Source of the DNA: the human T2T-CHM13v2.0 reference genome, Homo sapiens
Strand: one strand, 5' to 3'
Length of the DNA: 64,000 nucleotides
Assembly (NCBI RefSeq): GCF_009914755.1
Contig: NC_060947.1
This document shows positions 11,951 through 23,998 of this stretch, one piece after another. Position 1 is the first letter of the stretch; each line of letters begins with the position of its first letter. The notes beneath the pieces are model-generated. The model saw only the letters and a program-made list of their open reading frames with translations. It searched no databases and had not been told where the DNA came from. Position numbers and translations under genes: made by a program.

Positions 11951-13089
11951 TTGTTCTAAAAAAAAAAAACGGGATACATGTGCAGAACGTGCAGGTTTGT
12001 TACATAGGTATAGGTGTGCCATGGTGGTTTGCTGCACCTATTGACCTGTCCTCTAAGTTCCCACCCGCCATCCCCCCAACAGGCCCTGGTGTGTGTTGTT
12101 CCCCTCTCTGTGTCCATGTGTTCTCAATGTTCAACTCCCACTTATGAGTAAGAACATGCAGTGTTTGGTTTTCTGTTCCTGTGTTAGTTTGCTGAGAATG
12201 ATGGCTTCTAGCTTCATCCATGTTCCTGCAAAAGTCATGGTCTCATTCCTTTTTATGGCTGCATAGTATTCCGTGGTGTATGTGTGCCACATTTTCTTTA
12301 TCCGGTCTATCATTGATGGGCATTTGGGTTGGTTCCATGTCTTTGCTATTGTAAATAGTGCTGCAATAAACATACGTGTGCATGTGTTTTTATAGTAGAA
12401 TGATTTATATTCCTTTGGGTATATACCCAGTAATGGGATTGCTGAGTCAAAGGGTATTTCTGTTTCTAGATCCTTGAAGAATCGCCATACTGTCTTCCAC
12501 AATAGTTGAACTAATTTGCACTCCCACCAACAGTATAAAAGCGTTCCTATTTCTCCACAGCCTTGCCAGCATCTATTGTTTCCTGACTTTTTAATAATCG
12601 CCATTCTGACTGGTGTGAGATGGTATCTCATTGTGGTTTTGATTTGCATTTCTGTGATAATCAGTGATGATGAGCTTTTTTTCATGTTTGTTGGCCACGT
12701 AAATGTCTTCCTTTGAAAAGTGTCTGTTCATATCCTTTGCCCACTTTTTGATGGGGTTGATTTTTTCTCATAAATACGTTTAAATTACTTGTAAATTCTG
12801 ATATTAGACCTTTGTCAGATGGGTAGATTCCAAAAATTTTTTCCCATTCTGTAGGTTGCCTGTTCACTCTGATGATCGTTTCTTTTGCTGTGCAAAAGCT
12901 GTTTAGTTTAATTAGATCTCATTTGTCAATTTTGGCTTTTGTTGCCATTGCTTTTGGTGTTTTAGTCATGAAGTCTTTGCCCATGCCTATGTCCTGAATG
13001 GTATTGCCTAGGTTTTCTTCTACGGTTTTTATGATTTAGGGTTTTACATTTAAGTATTTAATCCATCTTGAGTTAATTTTTGTATAAGG
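11951..13089 (-). mobile_element. L1PA7/8-like LINE-1, 3' ~1.1 kb (disrupted ORF2 C-terminus plus 3' UTR)
   Basis: ORF 12131-12685 is the ORF2 C-terminus ([23 protein letters not shown]); 3' end CACATGTATCCCGTTTTTTTTTTTTAGAA on the minus strand. Confidence 0.95.
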
Positions 13090-13208
13090 GCCAAGGTGGC
13101 CAACTAGAAGCAGTGGCGTTTGGAGGCTCCCATAAAAAAAAAAAAAAGAAAACCATAATAAGTGTGTGAATCCTTCACCGGCAACCAAGGTATCCAGGTT
13201 CTCTCATC
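13089..13208 (+). mobile_element. Inverted L1 5' UTR start (L1PA7/8-like), part of the same insertion
   Basis: GGCCAAGGTGGCCAACTAGAAGCAG...GGAGGCTCCCAT...CCGGCAACCAAGGTATCCAGGTTCTCTCATC matches the recalled first ~120 nt of older L1PA 5' UTRs. Confidence 0.8.
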
Positions 13209-13384
13209 CAAGCCACTTTTTATGGGAGGGTGAGCTCGGCTCACAGTAATGAAAGGTGCATGGGCTCCCTTGGGCCTGTTGGGTCTGAGGCGCTAGGTAG
13301 AGGGGCCCAGCCAGCCCCAGGCAAAACAGTGCACTAGGCCAGCAACTACCTGCTGACATCTCCTTTTTCCCTTTATCACTTCTG

Positions 13385-13565
13385 TGTTCCCATCCCGGAT
13401 CTACCACTTGCTGATTTTGTGACTTAGGGCAAGTCACTTTATTTCTCAGCACCTCCATTTCTTCCTCTGCAAAATGTAGATAAATAGTCTCTAGCTTACA
13501 GAAGTGGTGTGAGGAATCAGTGAGCTCATGTAGGTAAAGCACTAATAAATGGTAGCTGCTGTTAC
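13385..13565 (+). mobile_element. MIR SINE
   Basis: GTGACTTAGGGCAAGTCACTT...CTGCAAAATG core. Confidence 0.8.
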
Positions 13566-13714
13566 TTAATTTACCCAGCCCTGACTCAGACCACCCAGCC
13601 CAAAAGGGGCAGGTCTCTCCTGGAACAGGACCCCTTACCCAAGCCAATCAAAAACCCTCTCTGAGTGTTAAGTGGCTTCTTTTGCGGAGAACTTTACATG
13701 AGTAAGGCACTCTA

Positions 13715-13850
13715 ATGATCTTCAGTTTATGTAAAAAGATACTGGCTCAGAGAGGTGTAGTGACTTGCTCAGGGGCACATGGCTAATAAGTGGCAGAGTT
13801 GGGTCCATAACTCAAATCTGTTATGGTCCCAAATCTGGCCTTTCTCTCTT
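13715..13850 (-). mobile_element. MIR SINE
   Basis: GGCTCAGAGAGGTGTAGTGACTTGCTCAGGGGCACATGGCTAATAAGTGGCAGAG. Confidence 0.75.
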
Positions 13851-14407
13851 TTTCTACGGAAAGTATTTGATTGACACCTCTATGTGAGAGATATGAGCTG
13901 CTGCAGAGGTGAGAAAAAGTTACAGTGGATTCCAGGCCCTGGAACCAGAGAGGCTGGAAACCTTTCAGTTGGCGGCCATAATGTCCTGGATGCACTTGTA
14001 TTTGCAGACTTTTGTGTAGATGCCAGGTTTGCCTTTGCGGGCACGGAATCTGTCCTTTTTCTATTCTACCCCACAGTTGTTTGGCCCTGAACATGATTTC
14101 AGGATGTGATAGAGGTAGATACCTTGCCAGAGTTTAGCTACAAAGGTAGAAAGCTTTAGGTCCAGATCATGTGACCTTTTGGAGCCCCACAAACTTGACT
14201 TTGCAGAGAAGTTTCTACTACACTTCCACATGGCAGAGCCAGGAGTAGAGGTTCTAATTAGTGTAATATGACACTCTTTTACCCTCACCCCCAACATACA
14301 CACACTTTTCTCCCAAATGGCCAGTTTCCTTTTGAACACATTTCTGAGTCCAAGAAATAGGGATGCAGGTGTGGGTGTGTGTATTTGAGGGCCTGTTCAA
14401 AATGCTA

Positions 14408-14712
<305 letters not shown>

Positions 14713-16339
14713 CAAAATGCTAAGCTCCAAGTACACAGTCTTCCTCCCAGAGATGCAGGTATCCTTTCCCTGTTACCACGGGAACCTCAGTCCCTACAGC
14801 AGGAGGAGGTCATCTGGGCTGGCCACAACTTGCCCTGGCCGTGCAGCTTAGGGCAGCTTCTCCTTTATTTACAATAGCTGCAGAGAAGGAAGAGCTTGAA
14901 ACCCTTGGAGCTTGAGGTAAGGAATTCGGAATAGAGAAGATTCCAGAATTGAGGCTTGGTCTAGAGAGAGGGAGGCTAGGTGAAGAATATGCACGCCTGA
15001 GAGGTGGAAGGAGAATAAAGAAGAAAAAGCACAGGGATCAAGAGATAGGAAAAGAGGAAATCAAGGAAGAGAGGAGTTTGAGAGATATGAAGGAATGGCT
15101 AAAAGATAAAGAGGGCAACTCAAAGAGCAAAATGTAGAGAAATACTAGGTGGCTTCCAGAATTGTCATATAGGAAGAATTTGGGGGCAAAAATCTCATTG
15201 GTAGGGGGTTTAGGAGGCTTCTCTGAAAACTCCCTTTGCCACATGGTTTTTACATAGGTTGCATATTCACTGGAAATAGCTTGTGGGGGTGAGTGGCAGG
15301 TGATGCTAAGGATTAATGGGGGAAGGCTGATTCCTCTGCAAGCCACCCCTTGCCACTACTGCCACTAATGAACAACATTTGCAAAGTGCCTACTCTGTGC
15401 TGGAAAATATGAGTTTGAAGAAAATGAAACAGCAGAAAGTACACGGGGGGGAAAAAGGATAAGGCTCAAAGGCTGCAATAGATTAAATTGCCCTGGCAGG
15501 GCTGGTGATGGGGATTTTGTGCTCTGCAGCCCAAGGAGGACAAATGGACTAAATGAAGGTTCAGTATGGGAGACTACAAGTGGAGAACGGGTGTATATTT
15601 CAAAATCTTATTTTAGAGTACTATCAGGCCCACCTCCAACAGGGGGACCAGCTCTGAATTTAGAGTAGAGAACACCAAATGTGTCTGAATATGTGTATGT
15701 GTGTGTGTGTGTATGTTCATAGGGAGAAAAATTTCCTCTCCTGGAACACAGATGCATTACACATCTATGGATAACACATACGAATATGTGTGTATGAGAG
15801 AGATTATTCTCTCTCTTGTCCGGGTGTCAGTAGGTCTTCATTTGGCCGATGAAAGCCACCTTAATCCCAGCTCTCCTCCCTCTTTGAGCTACTTTCAAGT
15901 GTCTGCTCTGCTCTGTGGAAGAGGGGCCCTGATTGGGGATGTGTTTTTGTTTTCTGCGGTTCCTTTTTCCTCTGCCCCAACCTTAGCCTGAGCTGCTATT
16001 TTCTCAACAGCATCCAAAGGGGGAAGCAATCATTGGTTTGAGAAGAATCTCTGAGCCAATGAAATGTCAGCTCAGCTATTATTTCCAGGTGCCTAAAGGA
16101 GAATTATCCATAGATGGAGCAAAACCTCTGTTGACCAGAATATTTGAGGATGGGCAGATAATTACACAGCTTTCCGGTGAATCAGGGTTATAATTTTGAT
16201 TCATTGTTGAAGTTCTCTCTAAAGTATGAAACCTCTTTCTTGTCTTAGAATGTAAGGCCCAGTGAAATGGATTCTGTGTTTGATGACTAAGGACCTTGCT
16301 TTCTAAATATCAGCCATAATATTTAGTCTTATAGAAAGT

Positions 16340-16797
<458 letters not shown>

Positions 16798-18929
16798 TGA
16801 AGTGGTGTTATTTTTATAAGATGGAGAAAGTATATGTAAAAATGTGGACTGAACTCAGACCATCTCTTGGAAATTACTTACTTGAATTATCTCCTTATGC
16901 AGGCTTACTTCATTATTCTTTGCCTCTTTCTCCAAACAGCTGAGTGAAGGAAAAAAGGTATATGATCAATCAATAGATCGAATACATTGGATTTTGTTGG
17001 CTGAAGTTTTATAATTTATCCCATTTCGTCACTAGAATCTTAACCACTGAGGACATGCTGTATCTGTCCAAACCATTCAGACCCCTTAGCTCCCGGTTGC
17101 AAACATGTCACCAATGCTTAGTCATATTTAGTAATGGTGCCAGTGCTGATGCCTTTGTCACCCTACTACTGGGCCAGGCTGTAGGCTCAGACAGGATCCT
17201 CACATTGATATCTCTGGACTAGCACAGTGCCTGGCATTCAGTGAGTGCTTAGTAAATGGTAGCTGCTATTTCTGGTATCATTATTCTTTTGGGCTACCCA
17301 GAAACTGAGGAAGACAGTGGAAATGAATGCAGAGTTTCCAATTCTCTTGCGATTGCCAGAGTTATATGCAGAATCATGGTGAGGAGAATGTTAGATCAGG
17401 AAGATACCTTACAGATGAAGAAGCTACAGCTGGACATTCCTAACTCAGGCCATATGCAAGAGGCAAGTACAACCACTCTCTCTTCAGAAAGGAAAAAGCT
17501 GAAGAAGTTTGTAGTCTCAGCTCAGTCCCTTCCCTCATCTCTTTCCCATCTGCCCGTTGGCTGGGATTACTTCACCTGGTTAGGCTGAGGGTTTGGGATA
17601 GAGGAAGGACCGGCCTCCAGGGTAGGATTCCAAGCCTAGGTGACTTGAGAGAACCTGGGGCCTTAAGAAAGGAAAGCAGGAATGAATGGGGAAGCCAAGC
17701 TAGAAGGACAGCCAGAGGGCATCTAGCTAGGGACTGGTACAAGGGGGTGGTAGTGGTAGCATATATGTCTCTTCTTAAAGATATCCAACTTATTCCCTAG
17801 TTTTGCCTAAGGATACTGGAGTTGTAGTGTGCTGGCCTTGCCCCAGGGAATCCCTTTGGTGCCCCAGGACACAGGAAGAGCCAGCTGGGTGCCCTAGGGC
17901 TGCTGGCATCCTGGCTCAGTGATTCTGCAGGCAGAGCTGAGCTGGTGGAAATGCAGGAGGGGGGCTGGGGGGTGGGGAGAACCTACTGCAGAGAGAACTG
18001 TTGGGGGAGAGGCCAGGCAACTGGCTCACCCAGGATGGGACTGTCATATAGAAATATTCCCATCTGGATAGTTCTAGAGAAGCAAGTCTGGGTAATGATA
18101 AACTATGAATTTTATGCATGAGCTGAACATTGAAAAACTTCAGCCCCAAGCTCCCGGCTAGCATCTGAGCCAAATCCCACTCGCACAGCATTTAATCAGC
18201 TTCCTGACAGATCCCAGTAAAAGGGAGATGAATTTACGAGATTGATTAGCTAATACCCAAGTGTTATGCTTACTCTGTGATCCAAGAGCACCAGGCTGGG
18301 ACTCTAGACTTTCTGCTGCTGAGATTCTGCAGCTGCTGCGATGGTAGGTGGGCCTGGGGGTTGCCCCCTGGAGAGGGGGACTGAGTGAAGCTGTTCCAGC
18401 TCTCAGACTCCACAGCCCAGGAAACCCTCCAATCTAGGATGTGTCTGGGCCTTGGGAAAGAGTTATTCTCATCTTTGCCCTCCACCCCCTATTATGGCCT
18501 CAGCCAGTTTTATTACTCATCTCCATCTTATGCCAGAGATGCCCTCTCCTTGTCTCTACTAATCCAAAGCATGCCGGCCCTTCAAGACCCACCTAGATCC
18601 TCATCTCCTCCAGGAAGCCTCCTCTGGCTATCAGAATCCTCAGTAAGCTTTCCCTTCTCCCAACTCAGAAGGCTCTGTGTCATCTGAACAACAGATAATC
18701 ACAGACTATGGTTAGAGCTAAATGAGAATTTAGCTAGTTCCATTCATTCTCATTTGTAAATGCTAGATTTATTTAACCACAAAAGTAATATATGCTTATT
18801 ATAACAAGTCAAAAAATAGAGGGTTAGAGAAGTAATCTCCCTCTCAAGCCTCTCAAATCCCATCCTCTCAGAAAACCAGTATTGCAAGTCTCCATGTTGT
18901 GTCTCTATGATCATATGGACATTTATATA

Positions 18930-19070
18930 CAGCCCCTTTGTTTTACATATAAGGAAACTGAGGCCCAGAGAGGTAAGGTGACTTTTCCAAGATAACACAG
19001 CTGACAAGTGGCTGAGCTGGAAGTAGGACCTAGATGTCAGGCTCCCAGTTCCCAGGCCAGTGCAGTTGTG
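18930..19070 (-). mobile_element. MIR-family SINE
   Basis: TTTTACATATAAGGAAACTGAGGCCCAGAGAGGTAAGGTGACTT. Confidence 0.8.
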
Positions 19071-20445
19071 GTTTAGTTGTCTCCTCAGAGAGTTTTGTCT
19101 CCCCAAGTGAATTGTAAACTCAACTGAGGGTTTAAAAGAAAAGAAAACCGTGTGTTCTCTCTTGCATTTTCCATAAAACCTAGCACAGTTTCAAGCATCT
19201 GGTCCAGGGTGTTTACTAAATGTTCGTCTCCTCGTTTTAAATCCTTTCTGAAACAAGACACAATATAAATAAAGAAAAAAAAAATGTTTGACTCCATGCC
19301 TGGTTTTGCTAGATTGTAAAGCCGAGCCATGCAATCATACAGAAATTGATTGTTAAGATGGCTGGGTAAAAAGCAGCCGAAAACTCAAGTGATTGGTGAC
19401 CGTGTGCAGATATCTGGAGGCAGAGACAAATACAGAGACTAAGCAGCTCAAACATGTGAGGGGCTTGTGTTCTGTGCTAAGCTAACAGAGCTGAGAATCT
19501 GGTTTGGGGTGGGGTGGGGGTAGTGCTAGAGGTGGAGAATGAGGCTGCTCGGCACCCCACTAGGTTCTTTGGCACCTGTCTCTCCACCCCACCCCCGAAC
19601 CAATGACCAAGTTGGCTGCTGCAGTCCTCCCTGTGCTGCTGAAGCCCCCCACTTGGCTGTGGCCAAGGACTTAAGGCTCCTCCATGCTTGAGTCTGGAGA
19701 ACCTGTTTCGTGGCCTTTATACTTTTCTGTGGCATCACAGTGCTGGGATTTGTATGGATTTATTTGATGTATTTGTTTATTGCTAATCACTTGTAAGGAT
19801 ATAGGAGGCTGGGCTGGAATTAAGGAAGGCCATTGCTTCCACCCATAGGGATTGCCTCCCTGCCTTAGGGAGCTGGGAAGGTGTTGAGAGTGGCTCCTGG
19901 CCACATCAACTGCTCTGGAGGGGGAACCCTTTGGAAAATCATAAACATTAATTGAATTTTGAGCTGAAAAAAACTTTTAAGATCATCTAATAAGATTATT
20001 AATGCCTCACGTTTACATAGCACTTCATAGTATATGAAACAACTAAATGTGACTCATTCCCTTCATTTTAAGTGTAGAAACTTTTGTTTATTTAGGAAGA
20101 CCCTGACAACTGGATAGTAGATTGCTGTGAATTTCTTAGGTGTGAGAATAGTATTGTGGTTATGTAGGAATGTTCTAATTTTTAGGAGATGACTGATGAA
20201 ATATTTAGGGGCTGAAATATGATGTTTGAAACTTTAAAATGGTACAGCATTTAGATATAAATAGGGGCTGGGGGTGGGGAGCTATTGTTTAATGGGTACA
20301 GAGCTCCTGTTTGGGGTGATGACAAAGCTCTGGAGATGAATGGTGGTGATGGTTTCACAACATTGTGAAGGGACCTAATTCCACTGAATCATACACTTAA
20401 CAATGGTTAGGATGGTAAATTTTATATTATGTATATTTTACCATG

Positions 20446-20448
<3 letters not shown>

Positions 20449-20482
<34 letters not shown>

Positions 20483-20490
20483 AGAGAGAG
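20449..20490. repeat. (CA)n(GA)n microsatellite
   Basis: Directly visible. Confidence 0.95.
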
Positions 20491-20544
20491 GGTGCAAAAC
20501 TGGCCAAAATTTTAATAAATGTTGAATTAAAAAGGTGATTACAA

Positions 20545-20662
20545 GGCTGGGCATGGTGGCTTATGCCTGTAATCCTAACACTTTGGGAGGCAGAGGCAGG
20601 AGGATTGCTTGAAGCCAAGAGTTCAAGACCAAAACCCTGTCTCATTTAAAAAAAAAAAAAAA
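20545..20662 (+). mobile_element. Alu left monomer (FLAM-like)
   Basis: Single Alu arm followed directly by poly(A). Confidence 0.85.
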
Positions 20663-21158
20663 ACCATGATTATTGTATTGGTCTTAAGGATACTTTAGCT
20701 GCTGTGTATATTTGAAAATATTCATAATAAAATGTAGGGAAGAAAAGAAATTCTTAATGTGAGCAGGCTTCTGGAGAAATAGACACCAGGCTATCCATAG
20801 CAGCCAAAGATTGTACCAAAGATGAGTCGCAGGCTCTAAGAGCATGTGGAAGATTGGAGTGTGGTGATGGAGAGGAGGCAATAGATGAGTCCCTGTGCAG
20901 TTGAGCATTGTTGATCCATTGATAGGTAAAATGGCAAAGCTGAGCCAGTCGTCAACTCTGACTGATACTTGGGATGAGTGAAAGTTGTTACATGGAGGGT
21001 ACTTAGGTCACAGCATAACATAGCTCACAGTTACGTGTTTCTCAAGGGCTCTGAGTTACTCAGAAGCTGACTATGCAGTTTCTGCCTCATACCTCCTATG
21101 GGCCATGGTGGTGATTGTGGTTTCTATGTGTGAATGAAGCAGAGAGACAGTCGTTGCT

Positions 21159-21508
21159 GGCTGGGTGCAGTGGCTCACTCCTATAATCCTAGAACTTTGG
21201 GAGGGCGAGGCAGGTGGATCACCTGAGGTCAGGAGTTTGAGACCAGCCTGGCCAACGTGGCAAAACCTGTCTCTACTGAAAATACAAAAATTAGCCAGAT
21301 GTGGTGGCGGGTGCCTATAATCCCAGCTACTCAGGAGGCTGAGGCAGGAGAATTGCTTGAACCCGGGGGGCGGAGGTTGCAGTGAGCCAAGATCACACCA
21401 CTAAACTCCAGCCTAGGCGAAAGTGAAACTCCGTCAAAAAAAAAAAAAAAGAAGAAAGAAAGAAAGAAGGAAAGAAAGAAAGGAAGGAAGGAAGGAAGGA
21501 AGGAAGGA

Positions 21509-21568
<60 letters not shown>

Positions 21569-21570
21569 AA
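21159..21570 (+). mobile_element. Alu SINE (AluSx-like) with expanded (GAAA)n/(GGAA)n tail
   Basis: Dimer at 21159-~21435, then A run and tetranucleotide array; degenerate TSD AGAGACAGTCGTTGCT / AGAAACAGACATTGCT. Confidence 0.95.
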
Positions 21571-22489
21571 CAGACATTGCTGAAACTATCACCAGTTCAT
21601 TTAGATTAGCTTTGTGCCACCCAGCTTTACTCTCGAAATCTCATCAAACTACACATCTTCTAGGTGGGGGTCAGAAGGGCTCTCTGAAAGGTGACCCAGA
21701 ATGGCTTGATAGCCCAAGCTTGGGTGAGAGGAAATGTCAAAAGGACGGACCTGTGACTCAGTCACCCGGACCTCCCTGTGTGTGATCTGTTGGCCATTTG
21801 AGGCTTTGCTGATGAGGGAGAAGGGGAAGATCTGCTCCAGCACTAGGGCCCTCCAGATATTCTTGCCTGGAGTATAAAGGTGCCATCCATCTCAGTGCTG
21901 GCAGGGCCTGAGAGTGAGTTCAGCACCAACAAACAGAGTCATTAGGTTGGAGTCCAGCTCCCCAACCACATGATGAACTGTAATTTGTAGGGATCCCTTT
22001 GTCCCCAATGTTGCTTTGCTAGACCTGCCCACCAGGGACTCATCCTTCCTCAGCAGATAGGCTTTTGACCCTCCTAGTGCACAAGGAAGAGGGACAGGGA
22101 CTTAATTTACATTTTCCCTTGGCCAGCATTTGCCTGGTGTCTACATTAATCACCATAAAGGATAAATGCCACAAAGAAAATGAAGAGAGAGGGAGAGAGA
22201 GAGCAAGAGAGAGGGAGAGCTAGCGCTTGGGCAAGCAGCGGGGCCTAATGGAAGGAAAGAAGCTGGTCTGGAGAAGAGCTGGTCAGAATGAATCCTTGGT
22301 GAGCCCTCACCTCAACTTCTGAATCTGTAGGACTTCACCCTTCTTGAAAATTAGATCTCTTTCTAAGTCATGTTTGAGAACCATGTTCCAAAATAATTGA
22401 GGCTGGGTCTAAAAGAAATCAGGCTGTAAGCAAGGGTTAATGCAGTGTAGTTATAACACATGAATGTAGGTGGGAGATTGGATAGACTA

Positions 22490-22640
22490 GGATAGGCTAG
22501 AATGTTAGAGATTATTTACTAGTTCAATTTCCTTCCTAATTTTGCACATAAGTAAACCGAGACTCAGTGAGGGGAAGGGACTTAACCAAGGCTACCCAGC
22601 TAATTAGTCCAGGTAGAGCCCCCAAGTCCCAGTCCAGTCC
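22490..22640 (-). mobile_element. MIR-family SINE
   Basis: AAGTAAACCGAGACTCAGTGAGGGGAAGGGACTTAACCAAGGCTACCCAGCTAATTAG. Confidence 0.65.
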
Positions 22641-23730
22641 TTTTTTATAAATCATGAGATACATTGTGCTGGCAAGCAAAACCCCCGTGAGCTGAGAGGT
22701 TTTTTTGTTTGTTTGTTTTGTTTTTTTCTCTCAAACATCTTTGCAAGGCGGCACTGACTGAAACCCAGTCTTGGAAAAGGCTTTCCCCTCCTCCCCCCGG
22801 TCTTCCCACAGCAAGGTGGCCATGCTCTGGAGTCAGGCCAAGCTCCAGTAGGTCCTCACTCTCTCTCCAGCCTGCTCCCCCTCCTTCTCCTTTGTCAGCA
22901 GAGGCTTACTGGAAAGGCCATTCCAAAATGTAGATAATGTCAGTGAAGTGCTTGCTAGTAGGTAGCTGCTGGCTGAATAAAGGCTTGACCATCTCCCTTG
23001 GTCTCAGTCTGAAGCTCCTGATCTCAGTCTGTTACACCTGGCCCAACTCTTCTTACTTTTGACTTGGAGCCCAAGGGTCACCAGATTCTGCCTTGGGGCC
23101 CATGTTTTTCTTCACCCCAGCCTCCAGGGCCACATGATCCTCTGTTGGGTTGCTGGAGGGGAGGACTAAGGAGCAAACCTTGGGGCAGGAGGAATAGGGG
23201 CTCTTCAGAGTCACAAGACCCCAGAACAGGAAGGAACTTACTCCATATCCAATGTATATATAGGGAAATGGAGGATCACTATCACAATAATGTAGCTTAA
23301 TTTTCATTTTAGAGCAGACTATGAGAGAGCAGAGTCACCAAAGAGTTTGCTTGAGTAGGAGTATCAACACTATTGAGCAGGGCAGTTAAGTGGCAGCTCT
23401 TGAAGAGGTAAGTGCAAGAGAGGTTGAAGGATGCAAAAGGCATGCATGATTTTCACAATAGAATAAAACACAGTAAAAACAGAAAGTTGCAAAGTTGTTG
23501 ATGGGCAGAAGGAACAGGGCAGTTCTCAAAAAAACTCCCTCAAAAAGAAAAAGGCATCACTACCTCAACCCACTGGTCTGATGTCCCAGTCAGGCTCACC
23601 ATTGTCTCCGTCTATAGACCCAGCTGTTTCCATGCTTTGGAACGAATGAGTATGGGATGCGAGCAAGGCATTGGCAGCTCAGTCTCTCTCAGCCTCAGTA
23701 TGGAGTAGGAGGGGAGTTATTTGCTGCAGA

Positions 23731-23998
23731 TAGGGCTACCATATATAGTTGTGCAGGCTGTGAACTGCATAAAGGTACTCAGCCAAGAGGGTTAAGTAGG
23801 AATGGAAATCCAGCCCATGTTCTGCTCCCCAAACCATGTTCCCTGGTGCAAGACTAAGTGGACCTGGATGAAGGGATACATTTTTCATCTGATAAAGCTA
23901 TAGTGTTTGTGGGGCTGCATTCACCCAGAAGGAGTAACTTTTTCTGAGCTTTTTACACAAAGGCACTGAGTAGACTACTGCCATCAGCCAGTGCCCTA
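23731..23998. mobile_element. MER91A-like hAT-Tip100 DNA transposon
   Basis: AGGGCTACCATATATAGTTGTGCAGGCTGTGAACTGCATAAAGG...GAAATCCAGCCC...ACACAAAGGCAC. Confidence 0.7.

Larger units (their letters stand above)
20100..20735 (+). mobile_element. Old L1M (L1MB/MC-like) 3' UTR fragments
   Basis: TTTAATGGGTACAGAG...GGAGATGAATGGTGGTGATGG...ATGGTAAATTTTATATTATGTATATTTTACCA; interrupted by (CA)n and an Alu monomer. Confidence 0.75.
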
